Positions 1 through 9,679 of a stretch of 64,000 nucleotides of DNA are shown in pieces. Below the pieces are notes generated by a model that searched no databases, was not told the DNA's origin, and worked only from the letters and a program-made list of their open reading frames with translations. Position 1 is the first letter of the stretch; each line of letters opens with the position of its first letter. The translations under genes and the position numbers were made by a program. This stretch comes from Akkermansiaceae bacterium (GTDB taxonomy: Bacteria > Verrucomicrobiota > Verrucomicrobiia > Verrucomicrobiales > Akkermansiaceae): the NCBI GenBank assembly GCA_903908495.1, contig CAIVSK010000266.1, forward strand, positions 4,674 to 68,673, given 5' to 3'.

Positions 1-32
1 TGCTGACACCGGGGGCCGACATCGTCGCGCCC

Positions 33-2858
33 GTGGCCATAGTGCGCACGGAAGGGCGGGTGGAGGCGGCCGCCGCGTTGCTGCGCGAGGACGGCAAGGG
101 TTGCCGGTTGACGTATGACAAAACCGGTGCCAAGCCGGTGGTGGTGCTGGATTTCGGCAAGCAGAGTGTGGGTGGTTATGCGGTCTTCACGGTCACCGCC
201 AAGAGCGGTCAACCGGTGCTGCGCCTGGCCTACGCCAATCACCCCGACGGTCTATCCGAAACCGGTGATTTTTCCCGCGAGAGCAGCGCGCGCTACCTCG
301 GGCCGGCCGTCGACCTGCCGGTGTTGCCAGGCAACGTCAACCGGCACGAGACCTACACGATTCCGCGCAGCGGCCGCTTTATCGCACCGCTGATCCAAGG
401 CCAGGCGCGCTACGTGCGGCTGCAACTCGACACGCCGGGCACTTCGGTGGACATCGACTCGTTGGCGATGGCCAACAGCGGGGTGTACGACCGTTCGCCG
501 CACGACGGGTTGTTCTTGTGCAGCGACGAGCGGCTCAACCGGCTCTGGTACATCAGCACCTGGACGCTGCAAATCGCCTCGTTCCCGAACCATGACGCGT
601 GGAAAACCGTCGATGGCTGGCTGCTGCCGCGCAAGTTGGAGCAGGCCGATGAGGTCGGACTCAGCGTGGCCGGCGCGGGGTGGGGGGATGTGACCCTCGA
701 GACGACCTTCGAGTTGCGGAGCAACCCGCATCACGTGTCCGCGGCAGGCGTCGCGTTCAGGGCGCAGGACGCGGGCAATACCTATCTGGCAGAAGTCGCG
801 CTCGACGGCGCGTTCCGGTTGGTCCGCCGGCAGGCTGGCAAGGATACGATCCTCAGCGAGAAGCGGCTGGCGGCGCAACTCATCGATGGCGTGCAGTACC
901 ACCTGAAAATCGAGGCCCGCGGGGCCGTGCTGACGACGCTGTTGGATGGTGTGACGATCGACCAGACGCGCGACGCGGTGTTTGCGAGTGGGCGGGTGGG
1001 TTTCTACACGCCGAAGGAAAAGTGGCCGCTGTTCGACGGGATCCGCGTCTGCGACGGCAAGGGGCAGGTGCTGTTAGCCGACGACTTCGGCGGAGATCTA
1101 TCCAAGTGGCAGTTCGCGCGGACGCTGTCGTTTGTGGCCGACGGCGCCAAGCGCGACCGGTTGATCTGGTCGGGCGACCTGTACTTCGGCCAACGCAGCG
1201 CCTACTACGCGTTTGCGAAGCCGACGTATCTGCGCGACTCGCTCAAGATGCTCGCGTTCAACCAGACGCCGGACGGATATGTGCACGCCTCGCCCTATCC
1301 GGAGCGCAGTGTGCCGCCGGCTGCCGGCGATTACGGTCCTTTTCCCTCCGACGAATTCGCTGCCTGGCTGGTGCCCGTCGCGTGGGAGCATCTGCTCTAC
1401 ACCGACGATACCGCGACGTTGCGCCAGATCTACCCGGCGATCAAAAAGTTGCTAGGATATCTGACCGCGCACATCGGTGCCAACGGATTGTTTGTGCAGC
1501 GCCCCGAGACATCCAAGCACGCGGGCAACCTGGGCGTGGGAGACGTCCGCACGCGCAGTTATATGAATATTTTGTTGTGGGGTGTGTTTACCGACGCCGC
1601 CCGCATTGCCGGTCGCTTGGACCTGGCCGGGGACCGCGCCGAGGCGGAAGAAAAGGCGGCCGCCATCAAGCAGGCGTTGTATGAAAACCTGTGGGACGAG
1701 GCGCACGGGTGTTTCAAAGACGCGCTGGAGACCCCGGGCTTCGGTCCCGAGGCCAATGCGCTGGCACTCTCGCTCGGCCTGGTGACCCAGGCGCAGGCGC
1801 TGCGCATCGTGCCGCATTTCAGCAAGATCGGCCACGGCAAATTCCAGAGCCTGGCCAGTCGCGGCCAATTTGAATACGGCTTCGCACAATCCGGGCTGCA
1901 GACGATTCTCGACCACAATTGGTTGCGGTTGCTTGACGACGGATGGAAGGGCGCGAGCACGGTGACGGAATGCATGACTCTGCTGACAAGCGGATGGGGC
2001 GACGACTCGCATCCGGACGCCGCGATCGCGGATCACTTCAGCGCCTATCTGCTAGGCGTGAGACCGACCGCACCGGGGTTCGCAACCTTCAGCGTGAAGC
2101 CGCAAGCGACGCGCGAAGTGCGCTGGGCCAAGGGAGTGGTGCCCACGCCGCACGGCCCGATCAGCGCGGCCTGGGAACTAACAAATTCCGCGCTGAAGCT
2201 GGCCCTGACGGTGCCCAAGGAGACCACTGCGGACGTCATTCTGCCGCAGGGCGGGCGCGTCACAGTCAATGGCAAACCCGCCAGTTGTGCGGGGCTGGCG
2301 GCCGGGGTCTATCAAATCGAAGTGAGCGGCTTGGCGGCAGGGGTGTGGGCGGATCCGACCGACCGGCAAGCGGATGTGGAGAAAGAACTCAAGCCGGTGG
2401 TCAAGGCGTCGAGTTCGCATGAGGCGGGCGGGTGGGGGATAGGCAACTTGTTTGCCGCGCCGGGCGATGGCGGCAAAAAGGGCTACAGTTCGAAGCCTGA
2501 TGCGACGGACAAGGCCGTGGAGTGGCTGGAGTTTGACTTGGGAGCGGAGACGACACTTGCCAAAATCGTGTTGTTGCCGCGAGCGGACGACACGGCGGCG
2601 GGCAAGCCGGGGATCGGGTTTCCGCGCGACTTCACGGTGCAACTGGCGAAACAACCGGGTGCCTTCACCACCGCCGCGACCTACACCGACTGTCCTGCCC
2701 CGGACGGACGCGGCCTGAGCGTGAACCTCTACACGGTCATCGGCTTTCCCTCGGCGCGCTACGTCCGCATCGCCGTCAGCCGCCTCGGCGAAGCCGCCCC
2801 GGACGAACCGGGCCTGCATCGCCTGCAATTTTCCCGCGTGCGGCTGCTGCGGCCGTGA
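33..2858 (+). CDS. Glycoside hydrolase, alpha-L-rhamnosidase-like (GH78-type six-hairpin) with an inserted LamG/concanavalin-like module and a C-terminal F5/8 type C (discoidin) domain; probably 5-prime partial
   Basis: 941-aa ORF. Segments RLIWSGDLYFGQRSAYY and AWLVPVAWEHLLYTDD..IYPAIKKLLGYL fit (alpha/alpha)6 rhamnosidase-type catalytic domains. Residues about 215-340 look like a beta-sandwich lectin module. The last 150 aa (EWLEFDLG..ARYVRIAV) are discoidin-like. The frame has no stop between nt 3 and 33, so the start may lie upstream of the window. Confidence 0.6.
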   Translation: MAIVRTEGRVEAAAALLREDGKGCRLTYDKTGAKPVVVLDFGKQSVGGYAVFTVTAKSGQPVLRLAYANHPDGLSETGDFSRESSARYLGPAVDLPVLPGNVNRHETYTIPRSGRFIAPLIQGQARYVRLQLDTPGTSVDIDSLAMANSGVYDRSPHDGLFLCSDERLNRLWYISTWTLQIASFPNHDAWKTVDGWLLPRKLEQADEVGLSVAGAGWGDVTLETTFELRSNPHHVSAAGVAFRAQDAGNTYLAEVALDGAFRLVRRQAGKDTILSEKRLAAQLIDGVQYHLKIEARGAVLTTLLDGVTIDQTRDAVFASGRVGFYTPKEKWPLFDGIRVCDGKGQVLLADDFGGDLSKWQFARTLSFVADGAKRDRLIWSGDLYFGQRSAYYAFAKPTYLRDSLKMLAFNQTPDGYVHASPYPERSVPPAAGDYGPFPSDEFAAWLVPVAWEHLLYTDDTATLRQIYPAIKKLLGYLTAHIGANGLFVQRPETSKHAGNLGVGDVRTRSYMNILLWGVFTDAARIAGRLDLAGDRAEAEEKAAAIKQALYENLWDEAHGCFKDALETPGFGPEANALALSLGLVTQAQALRIVPHFSKIGHGKFQSLASRGQFEYGFAQSGLQTILDHNWLRLLDDGWKGASTVTECMTLLTSGWGDDSHPDAAIADHFSAYLLGVRPTAPGFATFSVKPQATREVRWAKGVVPTPHGPISAAWELTNSALKLALTVPKETTADVILPQGGRVTVNGKPASCAGLAAGVYQIEVSGLAAGVWADPTDRQADVEKELKPVVKASSSHEAGGWGIGNLFAAPGDGGKKGYSSKPDATDKAVEWLEFDLGAETTLAKIVLLPRADDTAAGKPGIGFPRDFTVQLAKQPGAFTTAATYTDCPAPDGRGLSVNLYTVIGFPSARYVRIAVSRLGEAAPDEPGLHRLQFSRVRLLRP

Positions 2859-2913
2859 GCATGGGCGGTGCGCGGACTGTCGCGATGCAGTCAACGACCT
2901 CACGTGCACACTC

Positions 2914-3516
2914 TTACGCCACCTCGATTTTCAAACTCGGATCGGTCTCACAGGCGTCGATGATAGCGTTATAGCGGGCGACCAGAGCTATGAAACTGTG
3001 GCGGCGTTGGTTGCCGTCGAAATCAGTCCATTCGAGCATGTTGGCAACGAGGAACTGAGTAATGTCAAGGACTTCCAAGCGACGGCTGATGCCCTCTTCC
3101 TCGGCCAAGGTTTCCGCTTGGGCCGCACCGGCGTTGGTGGAGACGATGAGGGGGCGGAGGCCACGGTCGAGATTGTCGCGGCACTTTTGGAGAAGAAGTT
3201 TCCCGGGAGCTGTGGTGACGTGGATGACACAATCACCAAACTGAAAGTTTCCCACGCGCCCGGTTGGGGAGTCGGAGACAGAGTATCCGCAGTGATTGAT
3301 GGCTTTACCGGGATACAGCGTTTCAAGTTTAGCTCCAACGAGGTGCTGCATCACCAGGCTCAAAATGCTCCCGCCGCATTCGCGGCTTCTGCGCCGCCTT
3401 GCGTCGGCAAACAATGACGTCAGGCATGATTTGATAGACTCACCCTCTGCCAAGACTAACCTCAGAGATGGAGAGGACGGTGGTAAGTTGCATGTTGTGG
3501 AGTTCATCGTGGGCAT
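2914..3516 (-). CDS. Putative type II restriction endonuclease (DUF4928 / BsuBI-PstI-like catalytic core)
   Basis: 200-aa ORF inside a roughly 50-55% GC islet. The core MQHLVGAKLE..GNFQFGDCVIHVTTAPG..KCRDNL resembles the conserved region I remember for DUF4928 and BsuBI/PstI endonucleases. Not verified by any search. Confidence 0.5.
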   Translation of the reverse strand: MPTMNSTTCNLPPSSPSLRLVLAEGESIKSCLTSLFADARRRRSRECGGSILSLVMQHLVGAKLETLYPGKAINHCGYSVSDSPTGRVGNFQFGDCVIHVTTAPGKLLLQKCRDNLDRGLRPLIVSTNAGAAQAETLAEEEGISRRLEVLDITQFLVANMLEWTDFDGNQRRHSFIALVARYNAIIDACETDPSLKIEVA

Positions 3517-3529
3517 TCCATTGGAGTAT

Positions 3530-4300
3530 TCATGCCGGAACCCTGGCGTGCCAGGTTTCGGAGATTTGCTGGCGCTCTCGGCGTGTGAATTCGAGACCTT
3601 GGACCAGCGGGTTCTGGAAGAGGGAGAGCACCGGGCGCTCGTTGAAGTTCCTCACGACGCAGAGATAATACCGGTCCTGAAGGTATTCAGCAACCTGATG
3701 TTCCTTGCTGGTCATCATGACGTCTCCACCGGCACCGGCGATCCCTTTGACTTCAACTGCGAGAAAGGGGCGTGAATCTACTGGTTGCAATCGGAAATCG
3801 AAGCCGCAACCGTAGCGAGTGACATTGGTGAGAGCGTGTTCATTGAACTCTGAAAGCTTTGGGAAGGATGATTCGAAGAATCCTTCGGCGGCCGCGCCGG
3901 TGATGAGGCGTCTGGAGAAGGAATCGTTTTCGAAATTGCTCTCATCGATTGCAGCAAGCTCGTCCATGCCTTCCGGTAGGGGCATCACAGGGGGCAGGAG
4001 CAATGGAGACAACAAGCGGGAAAAATCGAACAATGAGAGGTGTCCAAAACGTTCGAAAGCATCGCGACAGTGAGCGCGCACTTCGCGCTTATGCCAGCCT
4101 TTGCGGTTGTTTGGAAAGAGCGGGTCAAATTCCTGCATGTAATTCTTGATCGAGGCGGGCCTGCCACCCAACGCATATCCAATGGCGTTGTAAGCTTCCC
4201 CAAAACTGGTAAATCCCAAGTGCTGAAGTCCATCCTGACTAAACTTGGATAGGAACATTCCGGCGAGCATCAGGCACTCACGTTGGGAGAAAGGTTTCAT
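3530..4300 (-). CDS. DUF3883-like (restriction-endonuclease-fold) protein with an unassigned N-terminal domain
   Basis: 256-aa ORF. The C-terminal half (GCGFDF..FLAVEVKG..MTSKEHQVAEYL..YYLCVV) fits the DUF3883 E-x-K nuclease-like core. The N-terminal 120 aa (..NYMQEFDPLFPNNRKGWHKR..) are not recognised. Its ATG overlaps the stop of the upstream methyltransferase fragment (ATGA). Confidence 0.5.
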   Translation of the reverse strand: MKPFSQRECLMLAGMFLSKFSQDGLQHLGFTSFGEAYNAIGYALGGRPASIKNYMQEFDPLFPNNRKGWHKREVRAHCRDAFERFGHLSLFDFSRLLSPLLLPPVMPLPEGMDELAAIDESNFENDSFSRRLITGAAAEGFFESSFPKLSEFNEHALTNVTRYGCGFDFRLQPVDSRPFLAVEVKGIAGAGGDVMMTSKEHQVAEYLQDRYYLCVVRNFNERPVLSLFQNPLVQGLEFTRRERQQISETWHARVPA

Positions 4301-4662
4301 CTGCCGATAACTTTAACAAATACAGGCATTTCATCAAGGACCCGCAGCCACTCCCAAAACAGCCCGCTACGGGAGGCGGCGAGCCCGCCCATCTTCCCGG
4401 CAAGGGAGAGATCCTGGCATGGGAAGCTGGCCCAGACGATGTCGCCCTTGGGAATGGTGGCACCGCGAACGTGTTCGATGGAGCCGAGGTGGAAGTGATC
4501 GCTGCCATGGTTCGCAGTGTAAACGGCTGCTTTCTTCGGACAAATATCGTTCGACCAGATGGAAACACAGGCGTGCTTGCCGCCCTGGGTGACAAGACCG
4601 CTGCCGGCGAAGAAATCGACGAATGCTGGGGGGCGTGCGTTCATGAGTTCAAATGAACACAT
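4297..4662 (-). pseudogene. Truncated DNA (cytosine-5) methyltransferase, N-terminal third only
   Basis: 121-aa ORF with C5-MTase motif I (FVDFFAGSGL), motif IV (SFPCQDLSLAG) and the GLFWEW helix. It stops (..MPVFVKVIGR*) where motif VI (ENV) should start. Motifs VI-X and the target recognition domain are absent in all frames downstream. Confidence 0.65.
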
Positions 4663-5084
4663 TCAGATCGGTTCGTCAAACGAAAAATCGGGTCATTTTT
4701 CCGGAGTGGGACCCGCGCCCTGACCTTCCGTCCCAAATATCGGGAATTGCGTGCCCTGAAAGACCCCGGTGGCGGTGGTGCTGTCGTCAGGAATTGTCGG
4801 CTCGGTTTCGTCATCGGTTTTGAGTTTATCCGGTCCCCAGCGTTGCCGCAAGCGCTTTCCATCGCTCCTCAACCGCTGTCACTGAACGGTTCAGGCCCCG
4901 TGAGATTTTCCCGGACGAGCCCCCAGTGAGGCCACCCGCGCCGTTTCCGGCGTGGTCTTGATGTGGCGATTTCGTCACTATCGAGCGATTGCCCGCAAAC
5001 GCGCGGCGGCCAACGTTCTGTCCGGCGAACAGTCCATTGCCGATATTGCATACTTTCCTAACATATCCAATTCTATCTGATTTC

Positions 5085-8000
5085 ATGAAACCATCCTTCT
5101 ATTCCCGCACGTCCAGCCTTCTGTTTGCCTTTGCGACGCTCACCTTCGGCGGAGCGAGCCAGGCGGCCTCCGTCACCTATGATGCCGATACGACCACCAC
5201 CGCCGCCCAAGATGGAGCGGGAGCCGGCTGGCTGACCACCAACAGCAACTTCTGGGATGGCGCCGCCAACGTCGTGTGGCCCAACACCAGCGCCGACGAG
5301 GCGATTTTCGGCGCTGCCAGTGGCGCGGCCGCCAGCGTGACCGTCGGCAGCGTGACCGCCAATAAGATCACCTTCAATGCCGCGGGCTCGGGCAACTACA
5401 CGCTTGCCAGCGGCATCATCACCCTCGCCGGGACCACGCCGACCATTGCCGCCAATGTGGACGCGTCCATCAGTGCGGCGCTGGCGGGCAGCGCCGGGTT
5501 GACCAAGACCGGAGCGGGCACCCTCACGCTGACCGGAGCCAACACGTTTTCCGGAGCCACGACCCTCAGCGCCGGGACGGTGACGGTTGCCGGCAGCAGT
5601 TCGAGCCCCAACAGCACCGGTGCCCTGCTGGTGGGCGGGGCCACCGCCAAAGGCGTGCTTAACATCAACACCAGCGGCACCCTCAACCTCGCCACTGCCA
5701 GCGGCGTTGCAATTCGGGTCGGCGGCAACGCGGTGGCCACCAACAGCGGTGCCGGTGCCCTCAATCAGTCCGCCGGCACCGTCAACCTCGGGCTTGCGAC
5801 CACGACGAATTATCTGGAACTGGGTGCCGGTGGCAGCTCGTACGGTTCATGCCAGTTATCCGGCGGCACGCTCAATATCGTTGCCAACGATGGTTTCCGC
5901 GTCGGTGCCAGCGGCATCGGCTCGTATGTTCAAACCAACGGCACCCTCAACTGCGGCCGCTATCTGGCCATCGGCACCATCGGCGGCGGCCTCACCACCG
6001 GCGGCAAGGGCGTGGCCACCTTCAGCGGCGGCACGGCCAACATCAGCTCCAGCTTCCGCATCATTGTGAGCGACAAACCGAGCGCCGTAGCCACCCTCAA
6101 CATCGGCACCCTGGCGGGCGGATCTGCAATCGTCAACAACCTCAGCGGCAGCGGTGTGACCCTGCTCGGCGACGCCGCCAGCACCAGCGGCATCGTCAAT
6201 CTCAATGCCGGCACCCTGGTGCTGGGCGGCCCGATCAATCGCAACACCGGCAACACGGTTGGCACCGCTGCCGTCAATTTCAACGGCGGAACCTTGCGGG
6301 CAAGCGGCAACGTCGGTCTCATCACCGCTTCGACCGGCACCCTGCTGCCGGTGAATGTCTTCAACGGCGGGGCGATCATCGATACCCAGGCCAATACCGC
6401 AAACATTGCCGCCAACCTGCTGGCCACCACCGGCAACGGCATCTATCCGGCGGGTGGCGTCATTGGGGTCGCCAGCGGCGGCAGCGGCTACATCGGGGCA
6501 CCATTGGTGGCTGTGAGTGGCGGCACGGGCACCGGTGCCACGGCCATTGCCAGTATTGTCGGTGGCGCGATCACCGGGGTGACCCTCACTTCTCCGGGCA
6601 AGGACTACGTGGCTGGCGACGTTGTGACCTTCACCTTCACTGGCGGTGGTGCCCTCAGCGCGGCATCGCCCTTCGCTTACACGCTCACCGCGGGCGATCT
6701 GGCAGCCAACGGCATCGGCGGCCTGACCAAGCTCGGGGCTGGCACGCTCACCCTGTCCGGGACGAACACCTATGCCGGACCGGTCGCGGTGAACAACGGC
6801 ACGCTGGCACTCACGGGTGCCAATGCCACCACCGCGGTTTCACTGGGCAGCGCCACCAGCACCGGCAACCTCGCCATGGGCCAGAGCCTCAGCCTCAATT
6901 CGCTCGTCACCGTCGGTTTGGGTGGCAGCATTGTCGGCGGCAGCTCCACCGTTTCCACTCTCACCCTCAATCAAGCCGCCGGGATCTTGAATCTAACTGC
7001 TCTGGGCGGCGCCACTGGCAACGCTGGCAACCTTTCGCTCGTGCGAACCGGAGCGGGCACCTTTAATGTCGCCGGCAGCACGAACCAACTGGTGGATGCG
7101 ACGATCAGCGGCGGCAGCGTGCAGCTGAGTTCCTTGGCGACCCAAAACCTGACTCTGGGGAATTGCACCGTTGCCATCACCAACCTCCAGGCAGGCATTC
7201 CGGCCATCACAGCAGGCACCAGTTTCACCGCCAGCGGCCCGGTCACGCTCAAGGTTTCCGGTTCCCTAACCACCGGGATCCAGTCGGTGATCGGCTATCC
7301 GGCCGGCGGCACCATCGGCGGCGCCGGCATCGGCGCGTTCACGTTGGAAACTTCGTCATTGCCACGCGGTACCGCCGCCACGCTGGTGGACGATGTGGCG
7401 AGTCACTCGGTGGCCCTCAGCGTGTCCACTTCCAATCCGCTGGCGTGGAAAGGCAACCAAGGAGCCGCCTGGAACATCAACAGTACCAATAACTGGACGA
7501 TGGGCGGATTCGTCGAGCGGTATCTGGAAGGTGATGTGACCGTATTCGACGATTCCGCTTCCACCACCAACGTTAGCTTGGAAGGTAACGTGGCACCCGC
7601 CACAGTCACCTTTACGCATACCGCGAAAGACTACACCCTTTCCGGCAGCGGGGCGATCACCGGGACCACCGGCTTGATCAAAAATGGCGACGGGACCCTC
7701 ACCCTCACCAATTCCAACACCTATGCCGGGACCACCGCCGTGAATGCCGGCACACTCCGTATTGGCAATGGCACCACCGACGGTGGGATCGCCGGACCCA
7801 TCACCGTAGGCGCTGGCGGCACGCTGGATTTCCGCGTTAGCGGGACGCCGACTCATGCCGGATCGATCACCAACGACGGCGTGTTGACGTTCGACACCGC
7901 CGGCACCCTGACGCTTGCGGGCTCGCTTGACGGCTACGGAAACACCTGCGTCAAGTCCGGCAGCGGCAGAGTCGTTTTCACCGGAGGCAACAGCTATGGT

Positions 8001-9590
8001 GGAACCATCGGCATCACCGCCGGTACCTTCCAAATCGGCGACGGCGTCGCGAATGGTACCAGCAGCGGCACCTACGAAATTGCGGCCGGTGCCTTTCTCC
8101 GGATCGAACGCGCCACCGCCGCCGCCCCGGTGTGGTCGGCCATCACTGGAGCGGGCACGCTGGCTTTGAATTCCGCCCAGGCGGTGGATGCCTCGGCGCA
8201 GTGGGGCAGCCTGACGCTGCCCGCCGGCTTCACCGGCACCTTGCGGGTGGAAAAAGGCCGCGTCGGATTCAACTCTGGCAACACCTCCCTCGGCGGTGCC
8301 AGCAAGGTCGAAGTCCTCGTCGGTGCCCAGCTCCTCGCCTTCAGCAGCGCCAATCCCTACACCGCTCCCGTGGATATCGCCGGTGGCGGCTGGGGCGAAA
8401 GCGGGTACCCCGACGGCCTCCGCTTGGCCGCTAGCTCGACCGCCACTTGGGCTGGCAACGTGACCTTGATCGCGGATTCCGGCATCATGGCCCAACGCCT
8501 CTCGAACTTCACCATCACCGGTGCCATCAGCGGGCCGTTCCAGTGCGAATTCTATGTGGGCGACCCGGTGGGTGACTCCGGCATTCTGACCGTGGCACCA
8601 ACCGCCGCCGCGCAGAATTCGTACGCCTCCACCAAGATCAACGGCCGTCCGAGCGCATCGGTGGTCGCCGGTAATGCCTATGCCTTCAGCAGCGGTCCGT
8701 TGCAAGTGGCCGGTGCCATCCTCAAGCTCAACGGCAACAGCTTCAGCTTCGCCAACCTCAGCGGCTCGGTGGGCAGCATCGGCAACTATCATGCCAGCAG
8801 CGCGGCGGGGCTGAGCGTCGGGGCGGACGGCTCCAGCACGGCCTTCAGCGGCGTGATCAGTGATGGCGGCAGCGCCCCGCTGGCCCTGGTCAAGACCGGC
8901 AGCGGCATCCTGACACTAACCGGTGCTAACAGCTACACCGGCACCACCACCGTCAATCAGGGCACGTTGTCCATTACCGTGCCCTATCTGGGGAATGCGT
9001 CCACCGTCACCATCGCCACTGGTGCCAAGCTCGACCTCGCCACAGGCACCGCAGTCGACACCGTCGGCAAGTTGGTGCTCGGCGGAGTTTCCGTGCCGCC
9101 CGGCACCTACAACGCGCTGGATGCCACCTTTGGCAGCTACTTCACCGGCAGCGGCAGCCTGTTGGTGCTGGCGCCCTACGAGGCGTGGGCGGCGCTCAAG
9201 GGCCTCGATAGTTCCAACAACGGCCTTGGCCAGGACCCCGACCACGACGGCCTCTCCAACCTGATGGAGTTCTATCTGAATGGCAACCCGCTGGCCAGCG
9301 ACCCGGCGATGCTTCCCGTGCAGACCCTCGATGCCACCTATGTGACCTTCAGCTTCAGCCGCCGCGACGACGCGGCAGCCGCCGTGACCTCCGAGGCGGC
9401 ACAATACGGCTCGGATTTGCTGGGATGGACGGATGTGCCGCTTGGCACCAGCAGCTCGGGGCCGGACGCCAACGGGGTGATTGTGACGGTCACGCCGAAT
9501 GGTGCCGCGCCGGATTCCATTGTGGTGCAAATCCCGCGCTCGCTGGCACCCGCCGGCGAGTTGTTCGTTCGCCTCAAGGTGGTTAAGTAA
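5085..9590 (+). CDS. Giant secreted autotransporter-associated beta-strand repeat (PATR) protein
   Basis: The ATG at 5085 starts a signal peptide, MKPSFYSRTSSLLFAFATLTFGGASQA. The earlier ATG at 4989 gives a non-signal extension. There are dozens of G-T-L-T-L-(T/S)-G-x-N-(T/S)-Y-x-G-x-T repeats. The C-terminal module carries DPDHDGLSNLMEFYLNGNP. Confidence 0.85.
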   Translation: MKPSFYSRTSSLLFAFATLTFGGASQAASVTYDADTTTTAAQDGAGAGWLTTNSNFWDGAANVVWPNTSADEAIFGAASGAAASVTVGSVTANKITFNAAGSGNYTLASGIITLAGTTPTIAANVDASISAALAGSAGLTKTGAGTLTLTGANTFSGATTLSAGTVTVAGSSSSPNSTGALLVGGATAKGVLNINTSGTLNLATASGVAIRVGGNAVATNSGAGALNQSAGTVNLGLATTTNYLELGAGGSSYGSCQLSGGTLNIVANDGFRVGASGIGSYVQTNGTLNCGRYLAIGTIGGGLTTGGKGVATFSGGTANISSSFRIIVSDKPSAVATLNIGTLAGGSAIVNNLSGSGVTLLGDAASTSGIVNLNAGTLVLGGPINRNTGNTVGTAAVNFNGGTLRASGNVGLITASTGTLLPVNVFNGGAIIDTQANTANIAANLLATTGNGIYPAGGVIGVASGGSGYIGAPLVAVSGGTGTGATAIASIVGGAITGVTLTSPGKDYVAGDVVTFTFTGGGALSAASPFAYTLTAGDLAANGIGGLTKLGAGTLTLSGTNTYAGPVAVNNGTLALTGANATTAVSLGSATSTGNLAMGQSLSLNSLVTVGLGGSIVGGSSTVSTLTLNQAAGILNLTALGGATGNAGNLSLVRTGAGTFNVAGSTNQLVDATISGGSVQLSSLATQNLTLGNCTVAITNLQAGIPAITAGTSFTASGPVTLKVSGSLTTGIQSVIGYPAGGTIGGAGIGAFTLETSSLPRGTAATLVDDVASHSVALSVSTSNPLAWKGNQGAAWNINSTNNWTMGGFVERYLEGDVTVFDDSASTTNVSLEGNVAPATVTFTHTAKDYTLSGSGAITGTTGLIKNGDGTLTLTNSNTYAGTTAVNAGTLRIGNGTTDGGIAGPITVGAGGTLDFRVSGTPTHAGSITNDGVLTFDTAGTLTLAGSLDGYGNTCVKSGSGRVVFTGGNSYGGTIGITAGTFQIGDGVANGTSSGTYEIAAGAFLRIERATAAAPVWSAITGAGTLALNSAQAVDASAQWGSLTLPAGFTGTLRVEKGRVGFNSGNTSLGGASKVEVLVGAQLLAFSSANPYTAPVDIAGGGWGESGYPDGLRLAASSTATWAGNVTLIADSGIMAQRLSNFTITGAISGPFQCEFYVGDPVGDSGILTVAPTAAAQNSYASTKINGRPSASVVAGNAYAFSSGPLQVAGAILKLNGNSFSFANLSGSVGSIGNYHASSAAGLSVGADGSSTAFSGVISDGGSAPLALVKTGSGILTLTGANSYTGTTTVNQGTLSITVPYLGNASTVTIATGAKLDLATGTAVDTVGKLVLGGVSVPPGTYNALDATFGSYFTGSGSLLVLAPYEAWAALKGLDSSNNGLGQDPDHDGLSNLMEFYLNGNPLASDPAMLPVQTLDATYVTFSFSRRDDAAAAVTSEAAQYGSDLLGWTDVPLGTSSSGPDANGVIVTVTPNGAAPDSIVVQIPRSLAPAGELFVRLKVVK

Positions 9591-9679
9591 CTGCCCGCAT
9601 GTATTCCCCCGCCCCGGCGTCTAAGCGGGGCGGCGTGGGCTGGCGGGTGGTTCCTTGAATCCAGGCGGCGGGCAGGATG

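Noticed and set aside
2859-5084. Prophage or integrative element carrying the R-M-like islet
   Set aside because: No integrase, tRNA target, flanking direct repeats or phage genes are visible. Only the compositional shift and the three ORFs support foreign origin.
4663-5084. A Vsr-type mismatch endonuclease or controller gene next to the methyltransferase fragment
   Set aside because: I translated the short ORFs 4641-4862, 4826-5086, 4869-5051 and 4747-4929 mentally. None resembles Vsr or an HTH C-protein. I treat the region as the promoter region of the PATR gene.
7356-8792. 478-aa minus-strand ORF antisense to the PATR gene. The same class includes 252-902, 1452-2036, 2178-2909, 8916-9530, 12280-13500, 19476-20492, 20560-21657, 23355-23990, 24077-24739, 25580-26155, 27195-29117, 32289-33200, 38674-39423, 40017-42044, 41785-42903, 45885-46736, 48257-49087, 50466-51875, 52070-52918, 53230-54843, 56211-57284, 59570-60259, 60254-61198 and 62880-63485
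   Set aside because: All lie inside or opposite well-supported conserved genes. Their translations are dominated by R/G/A/P/H, typical of off-frame reading of 65% GC DNA. None showed a recognisable motif.
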